Below are positions 63,751 to 64,000 of a DNA stretch of 64,000 nt, in pieces. The notes beneath the pieces are model-generated. The model was not told where the DNA came from and made no database searches. It saw only the letters and a list, made by a program, of their open reading frames with translations. The stretch is taken from the NCBI GenBank assembly GCA_009842325.1, contig VYFQ01000016.1, forward strand, positions 16,505 to 80,504, given 5' to 3'. The position numbers and the translations under genes were made by a program. Each line of letters begins with the position of its first letter. Position 1 is the first letter of the stretch. The stretch is from Acidimicrobiaceae bacterium (GTDB taxonomy: Bacteria; Actinomycetota; Acidimicrobiia; Acidimicrobiales; Aldehydirespiratoraceae).

Positions 63751-64000
63751 CTGAGTCCTCACTGCTCTGCCGACTGTCGCGGATCTCACGCACCTCGTTC
63801 ACGTCCCGGACATCCGGACCGCCCGCACCGAACCCGCCGGGACCGCCGGAGCTGTAGCCGAAGCCGAAACCGCCTCGCCCGCCGGGTCCCGCCGACCATC
63901 CCCCGACGGTGATCTTCTTCGAGAAGTGGCGCATCAGCAGCGACCTGACCAGCACACGGGTGGGAAAGAACAGAAGCAGCAGCCCGACCGCGTCGGTGAT
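63740..64000 (-). CDS. fxsA: FxsA family membrane protein, 5' end outside window
   Basis: The frame is open to the window edge. It reads ITDAVGLLLLFFPTRVLVRSLL, matching the FxsA TD..G..LL.P.TR motif. A Gly-rich acidic tail follows. Confidence 0.6.
   Translation of the reverse strand: MTDAVGLLLLFFPTRVLVRSLLMRHFSKKITVGGWSAGPGGRGGFGFGYSSGGPGGFGAGGPDVRDVNEVREIRDSRQSSEDSDGD

Noticed and set aside
1-64000. tRNA, rRNA, tmRNA, riboswitch or CRISPR features.
   Set aside because: The intergenic regions are short. None showed T-loop-type GGTTCGAATCC-like sequences, rRNA-like conservation or repeat-spacer periodicity. The only structured elements seen are the hairpins already reported.

Overview
High-GC (about 68-70 % by eye, not computed), gene-dense, actinobacterial-type chromosomal DNA. 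I call about 60 protein-coding genes. I recognised no rRNA, tRNA, CRISPR array, transposase or integrase. Most long ORFs in the six-frame track are alternative-frame or antisense artefacts of GC-rich DNA (Arg/Pro/Gly-rich translations). Real genes were chosen by recognisable protein families, normal amino-acid composition, SD sequences and ATGA/GTGA/TTGA start-stop overlaps. Gene content from left to right:
- 1-9.4 kb: 3' part of an indolepyruvate:ferredoxin oxidoreductase; an MFS transporter; a DppBCDF-type ABC importer with no binding protein; a second MFS.
- 9.4-31.2 kb: a block of catabolic operons. These include acyl-CoA synthetase, PanE-like reductase, amidohydrolases, SDR epimerases, RidA, FAD monooxygenase, VOC, GGT-like, isochorismatase-like, an orphan family-5 binding lipoprotein, two aldehyde dehydrogenases flanking a PqqC/CADD-like protein, and MFS transporters.
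- 31.3-34.6 kb: a GntR/FadR-type regulator co-transcribed with a phosphosugar-mutase-DeoC fusion.
- 34.6-43.2 kb: a NitT/TauT-type ABC operon with embedded Rieske, AKR and alkaline-phosphatase-family enzymes, plus a divergent LysR.
- 43.3-47.4 kb: potABCD.
- 47.4-54.9 kb: a lower-GC islet bracketed by two inverted vapBC paralogues, with a nonsense-interrupted GNAT gene.
- 54.9-58.2 kb: Fe-S housekeeping genes (erpA, apbC/mrp) and an XDH-like fusion.
- 58.2-64 kb: a two-gene module, a membrane-anchored low-complexity protein, an LLM oxidoreductase, a nitroreductase-SRPBCC fusion and a partial fxsA.
The leads most worth following:
1. An in-frame TGA at 58718-58720 joins two apparent ORFs into one U-G-S-C motif protein. 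A SECIS-like hairpin follows it. The gene is translationally coupled to an uncharacterised 360-aa partner.
2. A palindromic GTATAC-core operator recurs in at least five intergenic promoter regions. It links the binding-protein-less DppBCDF, the orphan binding protein and several catabolic operons into one candidate regulon.
3. The inverted vapBC pair has conserved leaderless promoter/operator architecture.
4. A PqqC/CADD-like protein sits between two aldehyde dehydrogenases and an MFS gene.
All functional calls rest on motif and family recognition by eye. No database search was possible.
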